Shown here: in pieces, positions 50,667 to 59,409 of the stretch
Numbering within the stretch: the stretch's first letter is position 1
How the letters are laid out: every line of letters begins with the position of its first letter
Assembly: GCA_000404785.1 (NCBI GenBank)
Contig: ASNI01000006.1
Location: 3,037-67,036 of the forward strand
Reading direction: 5' to 3'
Source of the DNA: Cloacimonetes bacterium SCGC AAA252-N17
GTDB lineage: Bacteria > Cloacimonadota > Cloacimonadia > JGIOTU-2
Length of the DNA stretch: 64,000 bases
Translations under genes and position numbers: made by a program
Notes under the pieces: generated by a model
What the model saw: the letters and a program-made list of their open reading frames with translations, nothing else
What the model was told of the DNA's origin: nothing
The model's database searches: none

Positions 50667-51038
50667 ATGAAAATAAGAGATCATAATGAATTGGATGTTT
50701 TTAATTTGTCTTTTGATAATGCGATGAAAATATTTGAACTTTCTAAGAATTTCCCAAAAGAAGAAAAGTTTTCATTAACTGATCAGATTAGAAGAGCTTC
50801 GAGATCAGTTGCTACGAATATTGCTGAAGCATTTAGAAAAAGACGTTATCCTAAAGCGTTTGTAGCAAAACTTTCAGATTCTGAAGCAGAAGCTGCAGAA
50901 ACTCAGGTCTGGTTAAAATTTTCCTATGAATGCAGCTATATAGACAAACAGGTTTTCAACGAATTAATCCAAAGTTATGATTTTGTTCTGGGGAAATTGG
51001 TAAATATGAGCCGGCAACCAGAGCAATGGACAACGTAA
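50667..51038 (+). CDS. Four-helix-bundle protein, close paralog of 48539-48910
   Basis: FPKEEKFSLTDQIRRASRSVATNIAEAFRKRRYPKAF. Confidence 0.92.
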   Translation: MKIRDHNELDVFNLSFDNAMKIFELSKNFPKEEKFSLTDQIRRASRSVATNIAEAFRKRRYPKAFVAKLSDSEAEAAETQVWLKFSYECSYIDKQVFNELIQSYDFVLGKLVNMSRQPEQWTT

Positions 51039-51061
51039 TATCCATCAGACTTTTTATAAAT

Positions 51062-51142
51062 CTCAAAGTCACTTGGTCACTTAGTCACAAAGTCCCCAAA
51101 TCACATAGTCCCAAAGTCTCTATGTCATAAAGTTACTAAATC
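51062..51142 (-). repeat. Inverted octamer array (GTCACNNN), right flank, about 10 units
   Basis: ctcaaagt cacttggt cacttagt cacaaagt ccccaaat cacatagt cccaaagt ctctatgt cataaagt. Confidence 0.85.
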
Positions 51143-51192
51143 ATTTAATACCACGAAAATACAATCCTTAATCCATTATACTTAACAAGCAT

Positions 51193-52218
51193 ATGATAAT
51201 CTTATACTTTTTTTCCTTCTTCCTTATTTTATTTGGAGTTTCATTATTCATTTCTTTTAAGAAAAAAAACTCAATTCAGCATTCTTACTCCATCATAATT
51301 CCTTGCAGAAACGAGGAGCACACCCTTCCAGTTCTTCTACACTCATTAGAAAATCTCAATTATCCGGAAAAATTATTTGAAGTGATCCTTATTGATGATG
51401 CTTCGAGTGACAGTACTTCTAAAATAATTCAGGAATTCTGTAAAAATAGATCCAATTATACAGCAGTGCATATTGCCAATAAAAGTGAAGAGTATAAAGG
51501 CAAGAAGTATGCTCTTAAGAAGGGAATTGAAAAAGCACAATTTGAAAATCTTCTTTTTACTGATGCTGATTGCATGATGCCTTCGAACTGGATAGACTCG
51601 TTTAATAAATTCATTTGCAAAAATGTTGGAATGGTAGTAGGATACTCACCCGAAAAAGGAGTTTCTTCTTTTCGGAGATTTTCACAGATCATTACTGCAG
51701 ATTTTTATTGTGCCACGATAAATCTTGGAGTTCCCTTCAGTAACAATGGGAGGAATCTCTATATTAATAAAAAAGCTTACGAGCAGGTTGATGGATTCGA
51801 GAAGATAAAGAGCTTCACATGCGGAGAGGATAAGTTATTACTTAATCTCATTAAAAATACCCAGTTTAAAATCATATATAATTCTGACTGCAAGGTTTAT
51901 ACTCATCCTCAAATAAACGATTTTGCCAATCAGCAAAAACGCAGATACGGTCAATTTCCTTTATCGTCTCCGCTTTACAAAGTAGTTTCATTATTTATTC
52001 TTTTATTCTTTCTTTATATGCCATTCCATGTAATTTTTTATAAAGATTTGCTTGGTTTGTCGATATACTATGTTTCATTCTTGATTTTCTGGATTTCAGG
52101 TTTGATCAAACACAGGGAGTCCTTTCATTTCTTTGATCTGTTTTATATAATATTTTATCCATATTATTTGATTTATTATTCTCTGTTAGGGATGTTCAGC
52201 AAGTGGACGTGGAAATAA
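51193..52218 (+). CDS. Glycosyltransferase family 2 with membrane anchors
   Basis: SIIIPCRNEE, IDDASSD, GKKYAL, FTDADC, Q.KRR. Confidence 0.9.
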   Translation: MIILYFFSFFLILFGVSLFISFKKKNSIQHSYSIIIPCRNEEHTLPVLLHSLENLNYPEKLFEVILIDDASSDSTSKIIQEFCKNRSNYTAVHIANKSEEYKGKKYALKKGIEKAQFENLLFTDADCMMPSNWIDSFNKFICKNVGMVVGYSPEKGVSSFRRFSQIITADFYCATINLGVPFSNNGRNLYINKKAYEQVDGFEKIKSFTCGEDKLLLNLIKNTQFKIIYNSDCKVYTHPQINDFANQQKRRYGQFPLSSPLYKVVSLFILLFFLYMPFHVIFYKDLLGLSIYYVSFLIFWISGLIKHRESFHFFDLFYIIFYPYYLIYYSLLGMFSKWTWK

Positions 52219-52224
52219 TAGTTG

Positions 52225-52465
52225 ATTGTCACTCTGATCAGCCAGTGGGCGGAGAAGAGTCTCCCAAAAGTAATTGTCATTCTGGAGCACATTCGCTTTG
52301 CTCAGTATAAGCCATGTGCTGAGCGTAGCGAATGCATCCGCGAAGAATCTCCCGAAAGTAATTGTCATTCTGGAGCGCAGCGAAGAATCTCCCGAAAGCG
52401 TTAATTTATCCTCTTTTGAGATCCTTCGTCAGGAATTAAAATTCCTTCCTCGAGGATGACAAGAA
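52225..52465. repeat. REP-like doublet array upstream of the GIY-YIG gene
   Basis: Three TTGTCA(C/T)TCTG..GAAGA(A/G)TCTC units, then inverted GAGATCCTTC..AGGATGACAA. Confidence 0.88.
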
Positions 52466-52479
52466 AGTAGTAAAAAAAG

Positions 52480-52773
52480 ATGCCACTCACCAAAACCTAT
52501 TATGTGTATATAATGACTAATAACTCAAAGACTCTTTACACAGGTGTAACAAATAATCTGGAAAGAAGAGTCTTTGAGCATAAACATGGTACTGTTAGAG
52601 GTTTCACAAAAAAGTATAATATTGATCAACTTGTGCATTATGAATCCTGTCCTGACATAAATGGAGCAATAAATAGAGAAAAGCAAATCAAAGGTTGGCT
52701 TAGAATCAAAAAGATCGAGTTAATTGAAAGTGTTAATCCAGAATGGAAGGACCTTAGTTATGGCTGGTTTTAG
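52480..52773 (+). CDS. Small GIY-YIG nuclease
   Basis: YYVYIMTN..LYTGVTNNLERRVFEHK..FTKKY..LVHYE..AINREKQIKGW. Confidence 0.93.
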   Translation: MPLTKTYYVYIMTNNSKTLYTGVTNNLERRVFEHKHGTVRGFTKKYNIDQLVHYESCPDINGAINREKQIKGWLRIKKIELIESVNPEWKDLSYGWF

Positions 52774-52796
52774 TGATTAATAGGTTAAAAAGCAAG

Positions 52797-53245
52797 ATTG
52801 TCATTCTGGAGGAGCACATTCGCTTTGCTCAGTATAAACTCCGCGAAGAATCTGGCAAAAACATTGATCTATCCTCTTGGGGAGATCCTTCGTCACCCCA
52901 ATGAATTGGGGATTCCTCGAGGATGACAAGGAAGGGGAAATTGTCATTCTGGTGAATGTCAGTTTCAACTGACTGAAGAAGAATCTCCCGAAAGTAATTG
53001 TCATCCCAGTTAAATAAAAAAAAGATTTAACGGGATAAATTCTGGAGCACTTTCGCTTTGTTCAGTATAAGCCATGTGCTGAGCGTAGCGAATGCATCCG
53101 CGAAGAATCTCCCGAAAACATTAATTTATCCTCTTGGGAGATCCTTTCCGTCTTCATTTCAGTCTTCGCTACACTACGCCCAGACATGACGCCGTGACAG
53201 GCGGTCACTTCACTCAGACAGCTGGCTGATGACAAAGTAATGTGT
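52797..53245. repeat. REP-like doublet array downstream of the GIY-YIG gene
   Basis: Same unit pair repeated twice, with different nested hairpins in the loops. Confidence 0.88.
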
Positions 53246-53262
53246 ATGACAATCAAAATTAA

Positions 53263-54156
53263 ATGAAATTATCAAACTCATCCAAAACCATAATTTTTGT
53301 CCTTAAGATAATCATAACAGCACTAATACTCTATTTCATTTTCAAAAAAATTCAATTTGACCAATTAATTGCTGATTTCCTGACAATAAAATTATGGGTA
53401 ATACTATTAATTATTATCACAACAATTATTAAACTCTTTATTCAGGCATATAATTGGGGAAAATATCTCAAAATGAATTCTGATTACACACCTAAGAAAT
53501 ATGAAGTGTTGAAATCATATTTTGTCGGACTGGCACTACGATTTGTTGGTCCTGGCGGTATCGGTGTCGTTGGCAAAATATATTTTGTGAATAACAAAAA
53601 GAAAGCCACATTAGCTTCAATAGGCGTTGAGCGAATATTCCTTACATGGAAAAATATTTTTTTTGCAGCTTTTGCAGCGATTTTCTTTTTCACCAACATT
53701 AATATGATCATAAAGGTAGCGGTCTTGATCGCAGTGATCTTTCTTCCTTTTATAATTTATCTTTTTTCTTTCTTAACCAAAAATGAGAATATCCAGTCAT
53801 ACTCATTAAATTATTTAAAGAAAACACCCGAAATAATGCTTGCACAGATAATTTTTGTGTTTATAACATTCTACCAATATTTTATTCTTCTGAGAAATTT
53901 CGTTGATATTAGTTTTTTTAAAATTATGATCTCTGTCCCACTCATTCATATCTCTCACATTATTCCCCTTTCATTTAATGGATTTGGGCTTCGTGAAACC
54001 TTTGCAATCGAGGTTTTCTCGAAGTATGGAATAAGTCCTGAACTTGCGGTCACTGCTACGTTCTTAATATTTTTCTTTAATTCGGTTGTTCCGGCAATAA
54101 TCGGTGTATATTACATTTTCAGGATAAAACATAGCAAAGAAGCGATAAGAATATGA
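53263..54156 (+). CDS. Lysylphosphatidylglycerol-synthase TM-region (UPF0104) membrane protein
   Basis: K..I..LILYFIF, P.G.G..GK, ER, PLSFNGFGLRE. Confidence 0.8.
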   Translation: MKLSNSSKTIIFVLKIIITALILYFIFKKIQFDQLIADFLTIKLWVILLIIITTIIKLFIQAYNWGKYLKMNSDYTPKKYEVLKSYFVGLALRFVGPGGIGVVGKIYFVNNKKKATLASIGVERIFLTWKNIFFAAFAAIFFFTNINMIIKVAVLIAVIFLPFIIYLFSFLTKNENIQSYSLNYLKKTPEIMLAQIIFVFITFYQYFILLRNFVDISFFKIMISVPLIHISHIIPLSFNGFGLRETFAIEVFSKYGISPELAVTATFLIFFFNSVVPAIIGVYYIFRIKHSKEAIRI

Positions 54157-54543
54157 AAAAAGTAATACTCTTACTTATTGTCCTGTTGCTCGCTAATCTA
54201 ATTTATGCAGATTTTACCATTCCCCTTGATGATGATGTTTACGAGTATCTGCCCCGATAAATCGGGGGAAATATTGGGGAAAATCCCATCAATTGCTGTA
54301 TATCCATAATATTTTGATCGTATAGAAAATTATCTTAACAATATTGCTGATTACGAGAATATTGCGAGAAGCTAGTAAGAATCTGAGTTCCTCTCTGGAG
54401 AATTCACTCGTACTCAAAGAATAAGTGGGAAAGTATCCTTCTATTTGAACCGGCATCTCAAAGCGAAAGTTCAATACACTCTGATTAATACGAATAATAA
54501 AACTACAAATTATCTCTTTTCCGGACTGGAATTCCAATTATAA
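54153..54543 (+). pseudogene. Collapsed remnant of a Wzi-like paralog of 46880-48427
   Basis: MKKVILL..ADFTIPLDDDVYEYL* at the start and EFLSGEFTRTQ..NYLFSGLEFQL* at the end match both ends of the 46880 protein. Confidence 0.7.
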
Positions 54544-54635
54544 AGCGATAGAATTATAAAACAAATTAAGAAAAACTTGACACATCCTTACCATAAAAAC
54601 AAGAAACATCTAAACATATTCTGAAAGGAGAACGT

Positions 54636-54905
54636 ATGGGAAAGAATATAATTAAGATCATATCTTTTTTATTGATTGCATTTTTTGTGCTTTCAGCGTG
54701 TTGTCATAAACCATCTCCGCCTATTTCCCAAGCAGAGCTGGTTGACCTTCGCGCGAAAGTGGAACAATTCGAAGCACAAGTTAGTGCACAAAGCGCAGAG
54801 ATTGAAGCACTCGAGAAGGAATTGCAACAAAAAAAAGTTGAACTTCAAAATCTTCAGGATTACGAACAACAGCTAAAAGACGACGGTTTTTTAGGGGAGG
54901 AGTAA
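54636..54905 (+). CDS. Small coiled-coil lipoprotein
   Basis: Lipobox-like LSACC; heptad-rich C-terminus. Confidence 0.7.
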   Translation: MGKNIIKIISFLLIAFFVLSACCHKPSPPISQAELVDLRAKVEQFEAQVSAQSAEIEALEKELQQKKVELQNLQDYEQQLKDDGFLGEE

Positions 54906-54906
54906 C

Positions 54907-55791
54907 ATGAAAAAGTATATCGCACTATTCGTTTTATTGATGATCCTATCTACTTTTCTGCAGGCGGAAGTCCGCTATTTGACAGAAGAGGAATACAAAG
55001 ACCTCTCCAAAGAAGAAACTCTCAAGTACTGGGAAGCTCTGGAAAATGAGCTGATGATGCTGCAGGTTCGCCAGGCAAATGCCGGTTCGCAAGTTACTGA
55101 GAATGAATTGAAAATTGTAGCTCTGGGTGAAGAAATCGCTCTTCTTGATCTGGAATATGATGTGATCTACACAAGAATCATGAATTCTATCGGAACTGTT
55201 TCGCATAGTGAACTTGTTGATTTCGAACAGAAATTGAATGAGATCAAGAACAAGCTTGATTACTATGATCAACTTCCTAATTCCGAACTGTATAAAAGTA
55301 ATCAGGAAATCAAGAATTTCATTGCTCAGTATGAAAGTCTGAAGGGTGAGGATATAGCAAAAGTCCCTCGGTTCCAGCAGGATTTTGCAGAGATTGATAG
55401 CAGAATTGATATGCTTCAGGAAAATATGTATCCTTATGGTGAGTACTATGAGGATGAATATACTGTGGTTAAAGGTGATTATTTAGTGAAGATCTCCGGC
55501 TATGAGCATATTTATAATGATCCTGCAAAGTGGGGGATCATATATCGTGCCAATAGAGATCAGATCAAAGATCCTGACTTGATCTATCCCAATCAGGTTT
55601 TCAAAATACCTCGTGGACTTCCTTCAAGTTGGAAGGTGTATGGAGGTGAATGCCTTTGGACAATTTCAAGCTATCCTGAGATTTACAATGATCCATTCCA
55701 ATGGCCCAAAATTTACCGAGCTAATACAGATCAGATCAAAGATCCTGATTTGATTTATCCAAACCAGATTCTTAGAATACCCCGAGACTGA
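54907..55791 (+). CDS. Secreted coiled-coil protein with two C-terminal LysM domains
   Basis: YTVVKGDYL.KIS..W..IYRANRDQIKDPDLIYPNQ pattern twice. Confidence 0.88.
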   Translation: MKKYIALFVLLMILSTFLQAEVRYLTEEEYKDLSKEETLKYWEALENELMMLQVRQANAGSQVTENELKIVALGEEIALLDLEYDVIYTRIMNSIGTVSHSELVDFEQKLNEIKNKLDYYDQLPNSELYKSNQEIKNFIAQYESLKGEDIAKVPRFQQDFAEIDSRIDMLQENMYPYGEYYEDEYTVVKGDYLVKISGYEHIYNDPAKWGIIYRANRDQIKDPDLIYPNQVFKIPRGLPSSWKVYGGECLWTISSYPEIYNDPFQWPKIYRANTDQIKDPDLIYPNQILRIPRD

Positions 55792-55804
55792 TATACATTC
55801 TTAG

Positions 55805-55848
55805 AAGCCCCTTATCTCTTTGTTCGGAATAAGGGGCTTTTTTATTTT
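55805..55848 (+). terminator. Rho-independent terminator
   Basis: aagccccttat-loop-ataaggggctt followed by a T tract, 14 bp after the LysM stop. Confidence 0.8.
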
Positions 55849-55869
55849 CAGTAAAATAACCTTGCGAAT

Positions 55870-56170
55870 GGTGAGCTAAAACTCACTTCTCAAGGATAAC
55901 AAGGAAGGGGGATTGTCATTCTGATCCGCCAGCTGGCTAAGAAAGAGAATCTCCCCAACAAGGATTGTCATTCTGGAATCCGATTTATCGGGTGAAGAAT
56001 CTCCCAAGAACATTAATTCATCCTTTTGGGAGATCCTTCGTCACCCCCAATGAATTGGGGATTCCTCGAGGATGACAATGAAGGGGAGATTGTCATTCTG
56101 GTGAATGTCAGTTTCAACTGACTGAAGAAGAGTCTCCCAAGATATTAATCTATCGTTATTGGATATCCTT
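55870..56170. repeat. Orphan REP-like doublet array (same family as around the GIY-YIG gene)
   Basis: gagatccttcgtcacccc(c)aatgaattggggattcctcgaggatgacaa and ttgtcattctggtgaatgtcagtttcaactgactgaagaa shared with 52878-52990. Confidence 0.88.
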
Positions 56171-56248
56171 TCAGTCTTCATTTCTCACTCATCCGTCTTC
56201 ATTTCTCACTCATCACTCTTCACTCTTTGCTCTTCACCCATTTATTGT

Positions 56249-56276
56249 TTGACAAAAGAATTGATGATTTTATATA
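56249..56276 (+). promoter_or_regulatory. Putative sigma70 promoter of the pgpH-ybeY operon
   Basis: TTGACA-16 bp-TATATA, 37 bp before ATG 56314. Confidence 0.45.
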
Positions 56277-56313
56277 TACATATCAAAATTCTCGAGTAAA
56301 TATTTAATAAGAC

Positions 56314-58443
56314 ATGAAAACATATATTCCAGCAAAAAGAATATCGCAGGCATTTATTGCGGTCGGTATCACCACAATACTCATCTTTCTTGTTAATTTC
56401 TTCTTTACAAGAGAAAAAATTATTATTAGGAAATCCACTTTCAATATCGGGCAGATTTCCAATCAGACTATCGTAGCTCCCTTTAATTTCCATATTTATG
56501 AAGATCCTGAAATTCTCAAAGACAAAAAAGCAAAAGCAGAAGAACGTGTTTTGCCCAAGTATCAATTTTCTGATGATGTCACTTTTGACGCACAGTCTCA
56601 TATAAATGATTTCTACAGCTTATTGGATAAGACATTTATACAGGATTCCCTTAATTCTGTAAGATTATTAAGTTTAAATCAAGACGGATACAGCTTAAAC
56701 GAACAGGAGTTGAAATTTCTTGAGAACAAAGATGCTCGCGAACAGCTCTTTGAATTTCTGCTTGTGCAGGTGAAAAGTGTTCTTGGTGTTGGAATCCTCA
56801 AAAGCGAACCCAATAATGAAAAAATCACTCTAATTGAGGGTAATACTGAAAAAGTAGTTTCTATAAAAGAGCTTTTTACAAAAGAAACTGCGATCAATTA
56901 TATTCTTGATCAACGCACTCCAAGGTTCGGTTCTGACGGGTGGAAAAGCATCATTGAGAAAATACTCAATAAAATCTTACAGCCCAATGTCATATATGAT
57001 AGAGAAGAAACTGATGTTGCAAAGAAAAGAGCCAGCGAAAGTGTTCCTCAGATTCTCGGTGAAGTCCTCAAAAATGAACTGATCGTGCCGGAGCATCAGA
57101 AAATAACTGGGGATATGCTACGAAAACTGAATGCTCTTGAACAAGCTGAGCAAAAAAGGATCGTTACAGAACAGGCAGGAAAACAGGTTCTTTCTCACAT
57201 TGCAGAATTTTTCTATATCTTCATTGTGCTTTCTCTATTCATCATATTGTCATATTTTATGTATCCTGAACTCCTTAGGACTGTTTCTTTCTTCAGAACC
57301 TTTCTATTTTTTACAGCATGTATTGCACTTTTACTCATTCTGATAACAAATCTCACTACTTGGTCAGCTTATATTCTTCCCTTTGGTTTGCCCATTATTC
57401 TTCTTGCATTTCTGATTGATGTTCCCGCTGCAATGATCTTTGGGTTTGTAAATTACTTTCTGATAGCTGGTTTGCTAGACTGGAAGATCGTTCCCTCTAT
57501 GATCATTTGCCTGTCCGGTATGAGCGCTGTGCTTCCCCTTGAGAATCCACGTAGCCGAAGAGATTTCTATAATGCTGCGTTCTATATGCTGATCTTTTTC
57601 ATCGCACTGGTCTTTATTTTTGGCGCAATACAGCACGCTAAGATTCTTACAATTCTGAATGATATCAAATGGGGTGTTCTGGGGGTATTAATTTCTCTCG
57701 TTGGTAGTATGACACTTCTTGCTCCGATCGAGCAGCGTTTGCCGGTGATCACAAATATCCATCTGCTCGAGTTGGCTGATTTCAGTAATCCTTTATTAAA
57801 ATTACTCACTGAAGCTGCGTCTGGAACATATCATCATTGCATCATTGTAGGAAATCTTGCAGCAGCAGCCGCAAAAGCCATAGAGGCAAATCCTATCCTT
57901 GCTCGTGTGGGAAGCTATTATCACGATATCGGAAAGACCAAAAATCCCGAATACTTTATTGAAAATACTACTGAAAAAGAAAGTATGCACAATCAATTAA
58001 CTGCAACTCAGAGTGCGCAGATAGTAAAGCGCCATGTTGAGGACGGAGTTAAGCTTGCTCGAGAGCGCCACATTCCTAAAGCAATAATTGATATTATGCA
58101 ACAGCATCATGGCACATCACAGATCAGCTTTTTTCTGAATGAAGCGCTTGAACAGGAAGAAGAGATCGATGAGAAAGATTTCTATTATGATGGTCCCAAA
58201 CCTCAAACAAAAGAAGCTGCTATCGTTATGATCGCTGATATTATAGAGTCCACTACCAAATCTCTGCATGAGCCGACTGTTGAAGAAATCGAAAGTGTTG
58301 TGAAAAAAACCATAAAGCGATTGATCGATACTGACCAGCTTTCAGAGAGTGGAATTTCTCTGAAGGAATTAAAAACTTTACAGGAAAGTATGATGCCAAT
58401 TTTACTTGGTATCTATCAAAAACGTATTGCATATCCGGAATAA
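56314..58443 (+). CDS. pgpH: 7TM-HD phosphohydrolase (PgpH-like cyclic-di-AMP phosphodiesterase)
   Basis: Extracellular 7TMR-HDED region, TM block, GTYHHC..YYHDIGK.KNPEYFIEN..HHGT..GPKPQTKEAAIVMIAD; adjacent to ybeY. Confidence 0.8.
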   Translation: MKTYIPAKRISQAFIAVGITTILIFLVNFFFTREKIIIRKSTFNIGQISNQTIVAPFNFHIYEDPEILKDKKAKAEERVLPKYQFSDDVTFDAQSHINDFYSLLDKTFIQDSLNSVRLLSLNQDGYSLNEQELKFLENKDAREQLFEFLLVQVKSVLGVGILKSEPNNEKITLIEGNTEKVVSIKELFTKETAINYILDQRTPRFGSDGWKSIIEKILNKILQPNVIYDREETDVAKKRASESVPQILGEVLKNELIVPEHQKITGDMLRKLNALEQAEQKRIVTEQAGKQVLSHIAEFFYIFIVLSLFIILSYFMYPELLRTVSFFRTFLFFTACIALLLILITNLTTWSAYILPFGLPIILLAFLIDVPAAMIFGFVNYFLIAGLLDWKIVPSMIICLSGMSAVLPLENPRSRRDFYNAAFYMLIFFIALVFIFGAIQHAKILTILNDIKWGVLGVLISLVGSMTLLAPIEQRLPVITNIHLLELADFSNPLLKLLTEAASGTYHHCIIVGNLAAAAAKAIEANPILARVGSYYHDIGKTKNPEYFIENTTEKESMHNQLTATQSAQIVKRHVEDGVKLARERHIPKAIIDIMQQHHGTSQISFFLNEALEQEEEIDEKDFYYDGPKPQTKEAAIVMIADIIESTTKSLHEPTVEEIESVVKKTIKRLIDTDQLSESGISLKELKTLQESMMPILLGIYQKRIAYPE

Positions 58444-58887
58444 ATGGAAGAAAATAATCAACAAATTATCAATGAAACTGACGCCGAGATAGACCAACGG
58501 CGCATACAAAAACTCATAACGCATATTTTTCAGAGTGAAGGATTACCCACTGAAACAATTCTAAATATTGTCTTTACTGATAATGCTACAATTCATGAAC
58601 TCAATAAGAAGTTCCTTGACCGTGACTGTCCAACAGATGTGCTTTCCTTTAATGTGCATACCGAGTATTTACCCGGCGAATTACCAATTCTTGGTGATGT
58701 ATACATCTCAGCAGAAGAAGCAAAAAATCAGGCGGAAAGTTATCTAGTAACATTTCAGGATGAACTTGAACGGCTTGTTACGCATGGGATTCTCCATCTC
58801 ATTGGATATGAGCATGATGATCCCGAACAGCAAGAGAAGATGAAAGCTTTGACCGAACAATACCTTGAGTTATCTAATGATAAATAA
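58444..58887 (+). CDS. ybeY: rRNA maturation endoribonuclease YbeY
   Basis: LNKKFL.RD.PTDVLSF, LGDVYIS, THGILHLIGYEH. Confidence 0.95.
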   Translation: MEENNQQIINETDAEIDQRRIQKLITHIFQSEGLPTETILNIVFTDNATIHELNKKFLDRDCPTDVLSFNVHTEYLPGELPILGDVYISAEEAKNQAESYLVTFQDELERLVTHGILHLIGYEHDDPEQQEKMKALTEQYLELSNDK

Positions 58888-58908
58888 GATTTAGGTATAA
58901 ATAGAAAA

Positions 58909-59352
58909 TTGAACATGAAAGAGTTAATTAAAACCACAGAGTTCACAGAGGGCACAGAGAAATTAGAGAGGGATCCGTTTACCGGAAAGATTATTGGCTG
59001 TGCAATAGAGGTACATCGCACTCTTGGACCTGGATTACTTGAATCGACTTATCAACAATGTTTAGCTCGAAAATTAGCAATTAATAAAATAAAATTTTCT
59101 TTAGAACATCCTTTACCGGTAGAGTATAAAGGCGTTCGTTTAGATTGTGGGTATCGTATTGATGTTCTTGTTGAAAGCGAAGGTGTGCCTTGTCGTCTTC
59201 TTATCCTTGAATTGAAATCAGTGGAAAAGATACAAGGAATTCATAGAGCTCAACTTCTCACGTATATGAAACTTTCAAATATTAAAACAGGTTTGTTAAT
59301 TAACTTTAATGTAAAGAGATTGAAAGATGGTATTGAAAGATTTAAATTATAA
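58909..59352 (+). CDS. GxxExxY protein (PD-(D/E)XK nuclease-like)
   Basis: IIGCAIEVHRTLGPGLLESTY, YRID..ELKSV, QLLTYMKL..GLLINFN. Confidence 0.93.
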   Translation: MNMKELIKTTEFTEGTEKLERDPFTGKIIGCAIEVHRTLGPGLLESTYQQCLARKLAINKIKFSLEHPLPVEYKGVRLDCGYRIDVLVESEGVPCRLLILELKSVEKIQGIHRAQLLTYMKLSNIKTGLLINFNVKRLKDGIERFKL

Positions 59353-59373
59353 ATCTCTGTGTTCTCTGTGGTT
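58932..59373. repeat. Inverted CACAGAG arrays bracketing the GxxExxY gene
   Basis: aaccacagagttcacagagggcacagaga (58932-58960) versus tctctgtgttctctgtggtt (59354-59373). Confidence 0.85.
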
Positions 59374-59409
59374 AGAAAAAAATATGTTTATAATTGTTAG
59401 CATTTTTGA

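Noticed and set aside
9861-51038. Four-helix-bundle genes as evidence of a DGR or an rRNA intervening sequence
   Set aside because: There is no reverse transcriptase, no TR/VR pair and no rRNA gene in the window.
52186-53256. Five short ORFs around the GIY-YIG gene
   Set aside because: They are translations of REP units (VILE..EES type peptides).
55445-55788. Near-duplicate DNA in the LysM gene as a non-coding repeat
   Set aside because: It is explained by the two LysM domains.
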